Positions 40,571 to 51,274 of a stretch of 64,000 bases of DNA are shown in pieces. The translations under genes and the position numbers were made by a program. The stretch is from contig CBDFNN010000004.1 of the NCBI GenBank assembly GCA_965250215.1, positions 2,232,999 to 2,296,998 of the forward strand, in the 5' to 3' direction. Within the stretch, counting starts at the first letter, position 1. Each line of letters starts with the position of its first letter. The notes under the pieces were generated by a model. It was given only the letters and a program-made list of their open reading frames with translations, made no database searches and was not told where the DNA came from. The stretch comes from Rhodothermales bacterium (GTDB taxonomy: Bacteria > Bacteroidota > Rhodothermia > Rhodothermales > DATKEJ01).

Positions 40571-41348
40571 TGTATGCGTTGCGGCCTTCCTGTCCTTCTT
40601 CAGTCATATAGAAGAGTAAGGTGGCGTTTCCAGCAAGCTCTTGAAGACCGGTCTGACCATCACAATCCGCGTTAAGTGCAGCCTTCAAACATCTGATAGC
40701 AAGAGGCGATTTCGAATTTATCTCGCGGCACCAGTCCACGGTTTCTTCTTCTAACTGTTCGTAGGGGACAACTTTATTAACGAGTCCCATTTTTTCGGCC
40801 TCTTCGGCGTTGTAAGGTCTGCAAAGGAACCATATTTCTCGTGCTTTTTTCTGACCCACAATTCTGGCGAGATAGGAAGAACCGAAACCGCCATCAAAAG
40901 AACCGACTCTTGGTCCGGTCTGCATGAATTTGGCATTGTCGGCCGCGATAGTCATATCGCAAACGACATGCAAAACGTGTCCGCCTCCGACGGCCCATCC
41001 GGCGACCATCGCAATCACAGGCTTGGGGCAGGTTCGGATTTGACGTTGAAGGTCAAGAACATTCAGGCGCATCATGCCTTTTTTTTCATTCTCATCCTTG
41101 TAGCCGGCATCTCCTCGAATTTTTTGATCACCACCTGAGCAGAAGGCCTCCTTCCCTTCACCGGTCAGAATGATTGCACCGATGTTTTCGTCGAATCTGG
41201 CATTGTTCATCGCATCTGACATTTCGTCTACCGTCAAGGGACGAAATGCATTGCGAACATGAGGTCGGTTGATCGTAATCTTTGCGATGCCTTCCGCTTT
41301 CTCGTATTTAATGTCTTTGTAAGTCGCAGCTGATTGCCAGTCTATCAC
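40524..41348 (-). CDS. menB: 1,4-dihydroxy-2-naphthoyl-CoA synthase
   Basis: [39 protein letters not shown] and [16 protein letters not shown]. Confidence 0.95.
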   Translation of the reverse strand: MIDWQSAATYKDIKYEKAEGIAKITINRPHVRNAFRPLTVDEMSDAMNNARFDENIGAIILTGEGKEAFCSGGDQKIRGDAGYKDENEKKGMMRLNVLDLQRQIRTCPKPVIAMVAGWAVGGGHVLHVVCDMTIAADNAKFMQTGPRVGSFDGGFGSSYLARIVGQKKAREIWFLCRPYNAEEAEKMGLVNKVVPYEQLEEETVDWCREINSKSPLAIRCLKAALNADCDGQTGLQELAGNATLLFYMTEEGQEGRNAYNEKRPPEFDKFTRNP

Positions 41349-41371
41349 GTTAAATCTGGGTTAGAGTTGAA

Positions 41372-43078
41372 TTAGATTCGTGGCCTCGACTCGGACACAA
41401 GCTTGCGTACTTTGACCGCTAAGTCTTGAGTGTCAGCCCTGTTGGTTTCAATTTCGATGATGGTCGATTTCTCGGATAAGAGCGAGTTAGCAAATTGTTC
41501 TCGAAAATCCTTAAGTGTATCAGGATTAACATAATCTAATCCAAAAAGCTTAGCAGCAGATTCAAAACTGAGCCCATGAGGGGTTCCAAAATACTTTTCG
41601 AAAACATTCTCGTGCTTGGCTATTGGAAGAAGTGAAAAGATTCCACCTCCGTCATTATTGATAACAACGATAGTCATGGCCTGCTCGTCGCAAAGCTTCA
41701 ATGAGTTTAGATCATGAAGGAAACCAAGATCTCCGATTAGTAAAACTCCTCGTCGTTCTGCTGCCTTTGCAAAACCAGTGGAGGAGGCTATCTGGCCATC
41801 GATGCCGCTTGCACCACGGTTGCTTCCGCGAAGAAAGGGGATATCCTTTTTGCTCGCGAAAGAATCTACTTGTCGAATGGCAAGAGAATTGCCGATCCAA
41901 AGCGGGCTTTCTTCAGGCGTGAGACGGCATATGTTTTGAACAACGCTGGCCTCCGATAAGAAATTTAACGAGTCTTCAAATACATCTTCGATTTCCGTTT
42001 CCCGAGAAGAGATGGGCATTCTCAAAGGCACGACTTTTTCAGAATCGGACTTTTTTAGCCTCCCTTTCAAAGAAACCGATACCGAAAAACCAGGATCGAC
42101 AAGCTCTGAGTAATTACAAATATGGATGTAGTTCAGCTCGGACCGTCGAGAAATCTCCGCTTGAATAGAGGACGAGGTGATTCGATCTCCAAGATGAATA
42201 AGATTCACGACTCCATCGAAAAGTTCAGGTGCCAGCAGGTCGCCATAGGAAATGATTTGATCACCTGTAATTTGATGAGGGCAGGCTGCGTCCACAATTA
42301 GTGGAATACCCATATTTTGACAAAACCGTGCAAAAACATGGGCATCTTCAATACTTGTCTCACCGCCGAGGATCGCAAGAGACGATTCATTCAATGAAAT
42401 GGAGTCGAGGTCAACTATCTCATCTACAATAGAACTCGGCTTTGCGACCTCGTTGAGCCATTCCAAAACTTCTGAGTTCCTAAAATCCGACTGTAAAGGA
42501 ATCTCATCTAGATTGCCGTGCAAGGGCTTTCTGAAACCAAGATTAACATGAATTGGGCCAGCATTGAATCCGACAGACGAACTTAGTCCCTCATCTATCA
42601 ACTTCAGTGCATCCAATATCTCAGATTCGTCAGGTGCTTCGCCGAAGCTGCCTTGCCATCTAGAGAATGGCTTGAGGATATCGTCTTGTGCAATGGTTTG
42701 ATTGGCACCTCTTTCCTTAAGCTCTGGTGGTCTATCAGCCGAGATAAAGACGAGAGGAGTATGAGACTTCCAAGCTTCGATAGCTGCGGGTAGAGCATTT
42801 GCCAAGGCCGTTCCAGAGGTGCAAACCCATGCGGCGTGGCATCCAGAGCTCGACTTCTTGTACTTCTGGTATTTTGCGAAGCCAAGTGCGCAAAAGCTTG
42901 AACCCCTTTCGTCGTAATGGACAATTGATTCTACACCTGGGTGCTGGGAGATTGCGATTACTAGGGGAGTAGATCGAGAGCCTGGAGAAAGGAAGAAAGT
43001 CGTGACACCTCGTCGAAATAAGGTCTCAACAATAAGCTTGGCCCATAGAATATTTAAACGGGCTGTTTGGTCTGTCAC
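41372..43078 (-). CDS. menD: 2-succinyl-5-enolpyruvyl-6-hydroxy-3-cyclohexene-1-carboxylate synthase
   Basis: NILWAKLIVETLFRRGVTTFFLSPGSRSTPL and the ThDP motif LIGDLGFLHDLNSL..NNDGGGIFS. Confidence 0.9.
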   Translation of the reverse strand: MTDQTARLNILWAKLIVETLFRRGVTTFFLSPGSRSTPLVIAISQHPGVESIVHYDERGSSFCALGFAKYQKYKKSSSGCHAAWVCTSGTALANALPAAIEAWKSHTPLVFISADRPPELKERGANQTIAQDDILKPFSRWQGSFGEAPDESEILDALKLIDEGLSSSVGFNAGPIHVNLGFRKPLHGNLDEIPLQSDFRNSEVLEWLNEVAKPSSIVDEIVDLDSISLNESSLAILGGETSIEDAHVFARFCQNMGIPLIVDAACPHQITGDQIISYGDLLAPELFDGVVNLIHLGDRITSSSIQAEISRRSELNYIHICNYSELVDPGFSVSVSLKGRLKKSDSEKVVPLRMPISSRETEIEDVFEDSLNFLSEASVVQNICRLTPEESPLWIGNSLAIRQVDSFASKKDIPFLRGSNRGASGIDGQIASSTGFAKAAERRGVLLIGDLGFLHDLNSLKLCDEQAMTIVVINNDGGGIFSLLPIAKHENVFEKYFGTPHGLSFESAAKLFGLDYVNPDTLKDFREQFANSLLSEKSTIIEIETNRADTQDLAVKVRKLVSESRPRI

Positions 43079-44469
43079 GCTTCTTTCAATAGACGAAGGA
43101 AGTCACCGATCTTATTTTCAATTTCGCGCCATTCCTTTTCAGCAACTGAACCAGGAACGATGCCGGCTCCACTGTATAGATTGAGCTGCTTGCTAGAAAG
43201 GAGACCCGATCTGATGGCTACGGCAAACTCAGAACTGTCTTTTGCGAGCCACCCAACTGGTCCTGCGTACCATCCACGATTGAAAGACTCGATACGATCT
43301 AAAACCTCAAGTGCAAGTTCACCAGGGTATCCGCCAACTGCTGGAGTCGGATGGAGAGCGTTCAATATATCAAGTTCAGCGTGGCCTTCCTTGAGGCGTC
43401 CCTTGTAACTAGTCTGGAGGTGCAAGTGATGCTCTAAATGCATTACTCGCGGATCTAACTCCTCCTCGATTCTATCCATTAATGGTGACAAGGCCTCGTG
43501 AATCGAGATACGAACATATTCGTGTTCGCGTCTGTCTTTCTCGCTGGTAAGAAGCTCGGAGGCAAGTTCAGCGTCTCGGTTGGGATCGCCTGTCAATGTT
43601 CGAGTACCGGCAACAGCCTCGGTTTTCATTTGACGATCTTTCTTTCTAAAAAGACGCTCCGGTGATGCTCCGAAAAAACTATTTGACTCATCAGCTTGAA
43701 ACAGAAAATAGAAACAGTTTGATGTTTCTTTTCGCAGCTGTTGCAATATGTCAATTCCTAAAGCGCTTTCCTTAAAATTGAATACGGAGCGGCGGGCTAG
43801 GACGACCTTATCCAAGTCCGTGTGCTCAAAAGCATCTAGAGCCCACTCGATGTTTTCTGTCCATACATCTTGTTCTGGCACATTGCCAATTCTGTCTGAC
43901 TTTGGAAGTTGAATATCATGCAGGATAGCGTCTCTATCGAACGAAGCCCTTGCGAGAAGAGACTCTATGTCCTCCAAAAGATGAGTATCTCGGGGTAAGA
44001 CCAAGTTAATCGCCAGCGAGTTGAGATCATTCTTCCTTTGAAGCTCAAACCTTGGAAGCCAGAAAGAAGCTGCTCCAAATTTGCTCCACTCGTCTGCGAT
44101 CGCTGAGCGATGATTGAAAGAGATTCCTCCATAGAATCTTGTGTCGGGATCGGCGTGGTTTAGCAGCTCTCTCATCTTATTCATGAGAAAGGAAGTTTGT
44201 TTGCTGTCTGCGCTTCGGAATGTCATGGCCGCACCAAAGCCACCAAACTGGTTCATTCCATCTCTGCTTGACCAGAAAAACTTCTGTGGGGAATCTTGAA
44301 TGGAAAGCCAGGTAAGCACATCCCAACCCGGTGCTGCTACCGTAATTCGAAGCAATCTTTCTTTGGAGTCCAAGCTTGGTGCTGAGGAACCCAGCCGATG
44401 GAGTTTGCTAGCTAGTTCATCGAGAGATGAAACTTCTTCATGTCGCCTACTATTTTCGATTCCACTCAT
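43075..44469 (-). CDS. menF: Isochorismate synthase
   Basis: Chorismate-binding C-terminus LHPTPAVGGYP, NRGWYAGPVGW, FAVAIRS and GAGIVPGS. There is a 4-nt overlap with menD. Confidence 0.9.
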   Translation of the reverse strand: MSGIENSRRHEEVSSLDELASKLHRLGSSAPSLDSKERLLRITVAAPGWDVLTWLSIQDSPQKFFWSSRDGMNQFGGFGAAMTFRSADSKQTSFLMNKMRELLNHADPDTRFYGGISFNHRSAIADEWSKFGAASFWLPRFELQRKNDLNSLAINLVLPRDTHLLEDIESLLARASFDRDAILHDIQLPKSDRIGNVPEQDVWTENIEWALDAFEHTDLDKVVLARRSVFNFKESALGIDILQQLRKETSNCFYFLFQADESNSFFGASPERLFRKKDRQMKTEAVAGTRTLTGDPNRDAELASELLTSEKDRREHEYVRISIHEALSPLMDRIEEELDPRVMHLEHHLHLQTSYKGRLKEGHAELDILNALHPTPAVGGYPGELALEVLDRIESFNRGWYAGPVGWLAKDSSEFAVAIRSGLLSSKQLNLYSGAGIVPGSVAEKEWREIENKIGDFLRLLKEA

Positions 44470-44645
44470 AGGATACGTGCCTAGCCAATAAGCTCGCTTG
44501 TCTTGCTAATGTCTGCTTCGTCATACTTTCAAATTAGAATGAAAGTTACGATTCCTCTGTCCAAGGATACCAAATTTTGGGCAAAGATCATTTTTGTTTT
44601 ATGGGAATAGGATTAGCTTAAAATAGAACACGAAAAATAGAGAAA

Positions 44646-45266
44646 TTGGAAGGATTAGAATCGGATAGCGAGCAGTTTGTTGATACCCCTCGCGGCATTT
44701 TTGCTGCGAACGGACTTTGGTTTCGAACCACAGTTGATCTGCTAAAGGAATTTGCCGGAGAAGTCCTTGAGAAGGAGTCGATAAATAGCCTAATAGAAAA
44801 GTCCTTAGTCATTTATCAATCACCAAAATCAGTGGGGCTATGGTCTCTTCTAGCGGGGCTTTTGATCTCTCCACCGTGGATTGCTGTTGCCATTTCATTA
44901 TTAGCCTTTCTAGGGTGGAGTATCGTAAGAAGGTCTATCGGTGGTGACTTAGCCTGTAAATTTCTTCGTCTACTAGACAATGTGGGCTTTCAGGCTCTTG
45001 GTTTCACCGCAGGTCTAAGTTGGCTTGCATTTTGGCCTGACATGGCAAAAGTGGCGGTTGGTTTGATTGGCTTCATTTGCTATCGATGGAATGTTATTGA
45101 TTCGATAATGAAACCACTCTTGAAAAAGTCTAGCGCTGGACTTGGAGTGGCAGATCAAATTCTTCGATCTGTTATCGTTCGTTCGGCGATCAAGCATCAA
45201 GTGTCACTTGATTTTATCAGTTCGATGGAAAGTCGCCTGGCAAAGTCGATGGGTATTAAAAAGTAA
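44646..45266 (+). CDS. Hypothetical membrane protein
   Basis: TTG start and four or more hydrophobic segments. I recognised no motif. It lies immediately upstream of the lptC-like gene. Confidence 0.4.
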   Translation: MEGLESDSEQFVDTPRGIFAANGLWFRTTVDLLKEFAGEVLEKESINSLIEKSLVIYQSPKSVGLWSLLAGLLISPPWIAVAISLLAFLGWSIVRRSIGGDLACKFLRLLDNVGFQALGFTAGLSWLAFWPDMAKVAVGLIGFICYRWNVIDSIMKPLLKKSSAGLGVADQILRSVIVRSAIKHQVSLDFISSMESRLAKSMGIKK

Positions 45267-45271
45267 TCCTA

Positions 45272-45850
45272 TTGACAACTTTCACGCCATCTGTTGTACA
45301 AACGATTCTAGTCCTTGGGATATCGCTTTCGCTGATTTCCTGTGGGGATAGGACCGAGGAAACGTTGCCCGAAATCGTGGCAAGTGATGGTCCAGAGCTA
45401 GAGTCTTGGGATATAGACTTAAATGTCCTCGAGAATTCAATTCCGCGCTTTCACATTCGAGCCGGTTATCAGGCTCAGTATGAGCAAGGTGATTCGACTT
45501 TTTCCATTCTTCGTCCAGGTGAAGGTGAAGATTCAGGCCCAGTAGAGATTTCTTTATATGACGAGGCTGGAAGCCAGAGTGGGCTTCTTTCTGCCAACGA
45601 AGTCGTCTATCAAAGCGACAAAGGAAGTCTAATTGCAAAATCACAAGTTGTTTTGGAGGGGAAAGATGGGAAGATTTTGACATCGGAATATCTTTTCTGG
45701 GAGCAGAAGAGTAGGCGGGTTTCCACATCCGGCTATGTGACCATTGTGTCTGCAAGTGAGGAGCTCCAAGGTTACGACCTCGTCGCAAATGAGGATTTGA
45801 GTCTTGTCGAAATAAAGAATTTAACTGGAGTAGTCCGGCTGTCAAATTGA
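45272..45850 (+). CDS. lptC: LptC-like LPS export periplasmic lipoprotein
   Basis: TTG start and lipobox LSLISCG. The beta-jellyroll-like pattern and its position directly upstream of the OstA-like and lptB genes support the call. Confidence 0.6.
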   Translation: MTTFTPSVVQTILVLGISLSLISCGDRTEETLPEIVASDGPELESWDIDLNVLENSIPRFHIRAGYQAQYEQGDSTFSILRPGEGEDSGPVEISLYDEAGSQSGLLSANEVVYQSDKGSLIAKSQVVLEGKDGKILTSEYLFWEQKSRRVSTSGYVTIVSASEELQGYDLVANEDLSLVEIKNLTGVVRLSN

Positions 45851-47286
45851 TAAGATGCCTGTCCCATACCGTTTGTTTGCTTCTCTTCTCTGGGCAAGTT
45901 TTTGGTCAGGTGAATAATGTAGAGGCAAGTCAGGACTCAACCAGCAAATTGGTTGAGATCATTTCGGCGCAAAATGGACGGATTGTTGAGGAGAACGGAG
46001 AGAAGATTCAATTTTTAAGAGGAGGAGTGCGTCTCAGGCAGAATGACACCTTCTTCTTTTCTGATAGAGCTACAAATTATGATCGCCAAGGCAGGGTAAT
46101 CCTAGAAGGGAAAGTTGTGATTGTCGACAAGTCCGATACGCTTTGGGCAGAGAGGGTTGATTATAGCTCTATCAATAAGATCGGAAAGGCATATGAGAAT
46201 GTAAGGTTGACAGATGGAGAGGCCATCATTAGCTCTAAAAGTGCTATTTATAACCTCGAAAAGAAATGGGCAGATTTTGAGGAGCCTCTGAGTTTAGAAG
46301 ATAGTAGTATCGTACTCGAGAGTAATCGAGGTGCCTACGATCTCAATAAGAAAGTTGCCATTTTTGAAGACGATGTCATTTTGTATGAGGAAAGTTCAAC
46401 GATCCTTGCGGATTCGCTGACTCATTTTCGAAATACTGGAATTACAAACGCAGATGGCAAGGTCGCGGTCTTCTATAATGAAGAGAAGAAGGACAGCCTC
46501 AGTCAAAGTTGGAACGAACTTGCATTGTTTGGTGACCGTCTTCGATACAGCAGAAATGACAGTCTCTCCCTTGTTAGTGGCAATCCTTTCGCGATGCAGG
46601 TTAAACATGACTCGACTCAGAGTGATACACTTGGTATACGTGCTGAGAAATTCCGCTTGAAGCAAGATGCCCGAAGTGACTCTCTTTCAGCGTCCGGAAA
46701 AGTCCAACTTTGGAACAAGGACTATCAGTCCGTCTCAGATTCCCTGTCCTATGTTAAGGTGGAAGGTTCGGGGCAAGAGGTATTAGAAATCTTGATTGAT
46801 CCCATACTTTGGAGTGGAGTCAGGCAAATAACAGGTGACAGTCTCCGGATACTATTGAAGGACCAAGAAATTGATTCTTTGCTGGTTCTTGGTGATACCT
46901 TTGTGGCTGCTGAAGTCAGTGCGACGGGTAAGATCAATCAATCGAGAGCCATAAATCTCTATGCCTCCTTCGTTGATGGTCAGGCTTCAAGCATGTTGTT
47001 TACACCAGCAGCCGAGGCAGTTTTTTTCCAGGTGGATGAATCTGATAGCACGAAAGTCAATGCTTTCAAGCTAGCTTCTGAAGCCATTAGCTTTTCCTTC
47101 GAGAATGGTGAGATTAAGCAAGTTCGGGCCGAGAAGAACGAGGGTACTTATTTTGAACATGGATCGATACCAAGCAATCTCAGTCTACCTGGATTTGAAT
47201 GGCTCGAAGCAAATAGGCCCAAACGAGAACATGTCTTGGTAATGATCCAAACATTGTCTGCTATTTTGGCCAATAGAAATGAATGA
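45847..47286 (+). CDS. OstA/LptA-like periplasmic protein, extended form (479 aa)
   Basis: Signal peptide [21 protein letters not shown]. There are repeated OstA-N-like beta segments (V.L.G.V.i........a....Y). It lies between lptC-like and lptB with overlapping junctions. Confidence 0.6.
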   Translation: MIRCLSHTVCLLLFSGQVFGQVNNVEASQDSTSKLVEIISAQNGRIVEENGEKIQFLRGGVRLRQNDTFFFSDRATNYDRQGRVILEGKVVIVDKSDTLWAERVDYSSINKIGKAYENVRLTDGEAIISSKSAIYNLEKKWADFEEPLSLEDSSIVLESNRGAYDLNKKVAIFEDDVILYEESSTILADSLTHFRNTGITNADGKVAVFYNEEKKDSLSQSWNELALFGDRLRYSRNDSLSLVSGNPFAMQVKHDSTQSDTLGIRAEKFRLKQDARSDSLSASGKVQLWNKDYQSVSDSLSYVKVEGSGQEVLEILIDPILWSGVRQITGDSLRILLKDQEIDSLLVLGDTFVAAEVSATGKINQSRAINLYASFVDGQASSMLFTPAAEAVFFQVDESDSTKVNAFKLASEAISFSFENGEIKQVRAEKNEGTYFEHGSIPSNLSLPGFEWLEANRPKREHVLVMIQTLSAILANRNE

Positions 47287-48055
47287 TCTCATGAACGACA
47301 TAGGCGAGGGCGAGGCGGAGGAATTACTTGAGGCCAAAGGATTGGTCAAAAGCTACAAGAAACGACGTGTCGTAAACGAAGTGAACCTCAAGGTTCGTCG
47401 TGGTGAAATTGTAGGTCTTCTTGGTCCTAACGGTGCCGGCAAAACAACGACCTTCTATATGATTGTTGGGATGATACAACCCGATGCAGGAGAAATATTT
47501 CTCTTCGGTGATAAGTTGACCTCCATGCCCATGTATCAAAGATCACGACTAGGTATTGGCTATCTATCTCAAGAAGCCTCAGTCTTTAGAAATTTGTCTG
47601 TAGAAGACAACCTTCATGCTGTTCTCGATTTTCAGAAAATATCCAAAGAAGAGAAGGACAGTAGGGTAGAGGAACTGATATCTGACCTCGGTCTGAGCAA
47701 GGTCAGAAAGTCAAAGGGATATGTATTGTCCGGAGGTGAGCGTAGGCGATGCGAAATTGCACGCGTTCTGGCTATCAGGCCAAAATTTATTCTTCTAGAT
47801 GAACCTTTCGCGGGCATTGACCCGATTGCTGTAGAAGAAATACACGAGATAGTAGCTGGACTGCGCCATAGAGGCATTGGTATCTTGATTACAGATCACA
47901 ATGTCCATGAGACTTTGGCAGTAACAGACAGGGCCTATCTTTTGTACGAAGGAAATATTCTGAAGCATGGAACGGCAGAAGAATTGGCTGCCGATCCTGA
48001 GGTCCGCAAAAGATATCTTGGAGAGAAGTTTTCTCTGGAAAGATATAGTGGCTAG
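47279..48055 (+). CDS. lptB: LPS export ABC transporter ATP-binding protein
   Basis: [52 protein letters not shown] and [12 protein letters not shown]. Confidence 0.93.
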   Translation: MNDLMNDIGEGEAEELLEAKGLVKSYKKRRVVNEVNLKVRRGEIVGLLGPNGAGKTTTFYMIVGMIQPDAGEIFLFGDKLTSMPMYQRSRLGIGYLSQEASVFRNLSVEDNLHAVLDFQKISKEEKDSRVEELISDLGLSKVRKSKGYVLSGGERRRCEIARVLAIRPKFILLDEPFAGIDPIAVEEIHEIVAGLRHRGIGILITDHNVHETLAVTDRAYLLYEGNILKHGTAEELAADPEVRKRYLGEKFSLERYSG

Positions 48056-48198
48056 GACGAGGCCGGATTTGTGTCACCTCCTAGAAAGCCGAGCAGAACG
48101 GCGTGCTATCTAATTCTAATTCTTAATGCCCCATTTCATCGGACATCGGTGGTATATTCCCTAACCGCAAACCACCAACCAAAAACCACGAACAACTC

Positions 48199-49215
48199 TT
48201 GGTAGTAGTAATGGATCATTCGGCCTCGCGAGAAGACGTTGAGGCAGTCATCACCCAGCTTGACGAGTATGGATTTGACGTTCACAAATCTTCAGGGATA
48301 GACTACACTGTTTTAGGTGCCATCGGCGTAAAGCAGGATTTTGATGTTCGACACATCAAACTGATGCACGGCGTGTCAGAAGTCTTCCGCGTAACAGAAC
48401 CTTACAAATTTGCCAGTAGATCCTGGAAGGAAGAATCGACGAAAGTCATCGTCGGAGATATAGAAATTGGAGGCGACGATGTTGTCATAATGGCTGGCCC
48501 TTGTTCGGTAGAAAGTGAGGATCAAATTGAGCAGTGCGCCGCCGAGGTCGCTAAGGCTGGATGTAAAATCTTAAGAGGAGGCGGCTTCAAGCCTCGAACT
48601 TCACCATACTCTTTCCAAGGTCTAGGCGAGGAGGGCTTGAGATTCATGAAAGCTGCAGCAGACAGGAATAATCTACTCGTTGTAACAGAAATCATGGAGC
48701 CAGACCAGCTAGAAATGGTATCGAGCTACGCAGATATCTTACAGGTTGGAGCAAGGAGTATGCAGAATTTTTCACTTCTGAAAGTTTTAGGTGAGTGCAA
48801 GAAGCCCGTCCTGTTGAAAAGGGGCATGTCTGCGACAATCGATGAGTGGTTAATGAGTGCGGAGTATCTGATGGCAAATGGCAACATGGATGTCATTTTA
48901 TGCGAACGTGGAATTCGAACCTATGAGACCTATACCCGAAACACATTAGACCTCTCTGCCGTGCCTGTCGTGCACAAGAAATCCCATCTGCCAGTCATTG
49001 TTGATCCAAGTCATGGGACGGGTATTAGAGACAAGGTATTGCCAATGTCACGAGCCGCCGTAGCTGCCGGAGCTGATGGATTGTTGATCGAAATACATCC
49101 GGATCCCCACATAGCGCTCAGCGATGGTCCACAGTCCCTCTATTTCGAACAATTCAGGGAACTAATTCAACAGGTAGGAGATATTGCGAAAGTTCTTGGC
49201 AGAGTTGTGGTATAA
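48199..49215 (+). CDS. aroF: 3-deoxy-7-phosphoheptulonate (DAHP) synthase, type I-beta with an N-terminal ferredoxin-like regulatory domain
   Basis: A TTG start gives MVVVMDH, matching the family-typical MIVVMK N-terminus. Also GPCSVES, KPRTSPYSFQGLG and VDPSHGTG. Confidence 0.88.
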   Translation: MVVVMDHSASREDVEAVITQLDEYGFDVHKSSGIDYTVLGAIGVKQDFDVRHIKLMHGVSEVFRVTEPYKFASRSWKEESTKVIVGDIEIGGDDVVIMAGPCSVESEDQIEQCAAEVAKAGCKILRGGGFKPRTSPYSFQGLGEEGLRFMKAAADRNNLLVVTEIMEPDQLEMVSSYADILQVGARSMQNFSLLKVLGECKKPVLLKRGMSATIDEWLMSAEYLMANGNMDVILCERGIRTYETYTRNTLDLSAVPVVHKKSHLPVIVDPSHGTGIRDKVLPMSRAAVAAGADGLLIEIHPDPHIALSDGPQSLYFEQFRELIQQVGDIAKVLGRVVV

Positions 49216-49323
49216 CGCCATGCCCCAAATACTCACCGTCAAAACCCGTTAAATATTTGATCGCATTAGGAGTCTAATACACCGTCTGGATTCCAAGGTC
49301 GCCGAGGCAAAACCCAAAATTCA

Positions 49324-51162
49324 ATGTGTGGTATTGTAGGATATCAGGGCAATAAGCCCGTAGCTGAGCTTTTGCTCAATGGATTGAAAAGGCTAGAATA
49401 CAGAGGATACGATTCGGCTGGAATTGCTGTCGTAAACGACAAACTCAATTTCTGGAAAAAGAAAGGAAAAGTATCAAATCTCGAAAACTCGATAAATGGG
49501 ACAAAAATTGACGCGAAAGTTGGTCTTGGTCACACTCGTTGGGCAACACATGGACATCCCAGCGACGAGAACGCTCATCCTCATATATCAAGAGATGGCT
49601 CGTTTGCTCTAGTTCACAATGGTATCATCGAGAACTATTCGACGCTAAAAGACAAGCTTATTTCTGAAGGTTACAAGTTTGTTAGTCAGACAGACACCGA
49701 GGTCCTTGTCCATCTGATTCACAACATTCGAGAATCTACGGGAGCATCACTAGAAGAATCGATTCGGATGTCTCTGACACAAGTTAGAGGCACCTACGGT
49801 ATCGCTGTTGTCGCTGAGGAAGATGATAGTCTGCTGATTGCCGCCAGAAAGGGAAGTCCGCTAATTCTTGGTGTTGGCGATGATGAATTTCTGATCGCAT
49901 CCGACGCTTCGGCAATTGTCGAGCACACCAATCAAGTCGTCTACTTGAACGACGGAGAGATGGTTGTGATCAAGGATGGTGGATATGAGGTCATGACTAT
50001 TGACAATGAAAAGTTGTCTCCGGAGATCCACCAACTGGAGATCGATCTGGATCAGATAGAGAAGGGCGGTTATGACCACTTCATGTTGAAGGAAATCATG
50101 GAGCAGCCAGAATCTCTTAGAAATTGTATGAGAGGCAGGATTAGACTTGAGGATTCCCAAATTAAGTTGGGTGGATTAGTCGATGTGATGGATCGGCTTG
50201 AAAATGCAAAAAGGTTTATTATCTGTGCTTGCGGAACGTCTTGGCACGCAGGGCTTGTGGGAGAGTACATGCTAGAGTCGCTTGTTCGGGTGCCTGTTGA
50301 GGTCGAGTATGCAAGTGAGTTTCGATATCGAAACCCAATCCTCAATCCAGAGGAGGATGTCGTCATTGTCATTTCACAAAGTGGCGAAACTGCAGATACT
50401 CTGGCGGCTGTCAGGGAAGCCAGGAAAAATGGTGTATTAACCATTGGTATCTGTAATGCGGTTGGTTCAACAATCGCAAGAGAAACCGATGCTGGTGTAT
50501 ATCTTCATGCTGGTCCTGAGATCGGAGTAGCTTCTACGAAAGCATTTACGGCTCAGGTCACAACGCTCGCGCTTATCACTCTGAAGCTTGCTCAACGGAA
50601 GAAGCAAATTTCTGATGCCGAGTTCAATGACTTGCTTGGAGAGCTTTACGCTATTCCCGATAAAATAGCTGAGGTTTTCGAAGACAATGGAAGAATCCTT
50701 GAGATTTCGAAATTACTTCGAATGGCAAATAATTTTCTTTACTTGGGTAGGGGCTACAACTTCCCTGTAGCACTTGAGGGAGCGCTAAAGCTAAAGGAGA
50801 TATCTTACATCCACGCGGAAGGATATCCGGCCGCTGAAATGAAGCATGGTCCAATTGCCCTGATCGATCGGCTCATGCCGGTAGTGTTCATCGCAACAGA
50901 TGATCAGACCTTCGAAAAAGTTGTTTCCAACATCGAAGAAGTAGTTGCAAGGGATGGCTACGTTCTGACGATCACGGATCGTGATAGTCCTAGACTTGAG
51001 GAGCTAAGCGAGTACGTGATCAAGATTCCTAAAACTTCGACACCATTCGTTCCTCTTTTAAGCGTAATTCCACTACAGTTGCTTTCATATCACATTGCTG
51101 CCCTAAGGGGATGCGATATCGATCAGCCCAGAAATCTAGCAAAGAGTGTTACCGTCGAGTAA
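49324..51162 (+). CDS. glmS: Glutamine--fructose-6-phosphate aminotransferase
   Basis: N-terminal catalytic Cys in MCGIVGY, GHTRWATHG, two SIS domains (SQSGETADT), and C-terminus KSVTVE. Confidence 0.97.
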   Translation: MCGIVGYQGNKPVAELLLNGLKRLEYRGYDSAGIAVVNDKLNFWKKKGKVSNLENSINGTKIDAKVGLGHTRWATHGHPSDENAHPHISRDGSFALVHNGIIENYSTLKDKLISEGYKFVSQTDTEVLVHLIHNIRESTGASLEESIRMSLTQVRGTYGIAVVAEEDDSLLIAARKGSPLILGVGDDEFLIASDASAIVEHTNQVVYLNDGEMVVIKDGGYEVMTIDNEKLSPEIHQLEIDLDQIEKGGYDHFMLKEIMEQPESLRNCMRGRIRLEDSQIKLGGLVDVMDRLENAKRFIICACGTSWHAGLVGEYMLESLVRVPVEVEYASEFRYRNPILNPEEDVVIVISQSGETADTLAAVREARKNGVLTIGICNAVGSTIARETDAGVYLHAGPEIGVASTKAFTAQVTTLALITLKLAQRKKQISDAEFNDLLGELYAIPDKIAEVFEDNGRILEISKLLRMANNFLYLGRGYNFPVALEGALKLKEISYIHAEGYPAAEMKHGPIALIDRLMPVVFIATDDQTFEKVVSNIEEVVARDGYVLTITDRDSPRLEELSEYVIKIPKTSTPFVPLLSVIPLQLLSYHIAALRGCDIDQPRNLAKSVTVE

Positions 51163-51274
51163 CGAAAAGCTGGAATTTGAAAGGGAAAGAGAATCATTTC
51201 TTCTTCTTCTAGTTAGTAGATTAGCGCAGGCGTCTTTTAGACCAGTGCCAAAGATTCACCCTTGACCGATAACG

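Noticed and set aside
45282-45845. A 187-aa minus-strand ORF almost exactly mirroring the lptC-like gene (45272..45850). It could suggest an antisense gene or a wrong strand call.
   Set aside because: Its translation is R/H/S/L/P-rich low-complexity sequence with no motif. The plus-strand product has a lipobox, an LptC-like pattern and operon context with the OstA-like gene and lptB. I treat it as a shadow ORF.
49216-49323. A possible glmS ribozyme upstream of glmS.
   Set aside because: The leader is only 108 nt, and I could not find the nested pseudoknot core. The glmS ribozyme is essentially restricted to Gram-positive lineages. An Infernal scan would settle it.
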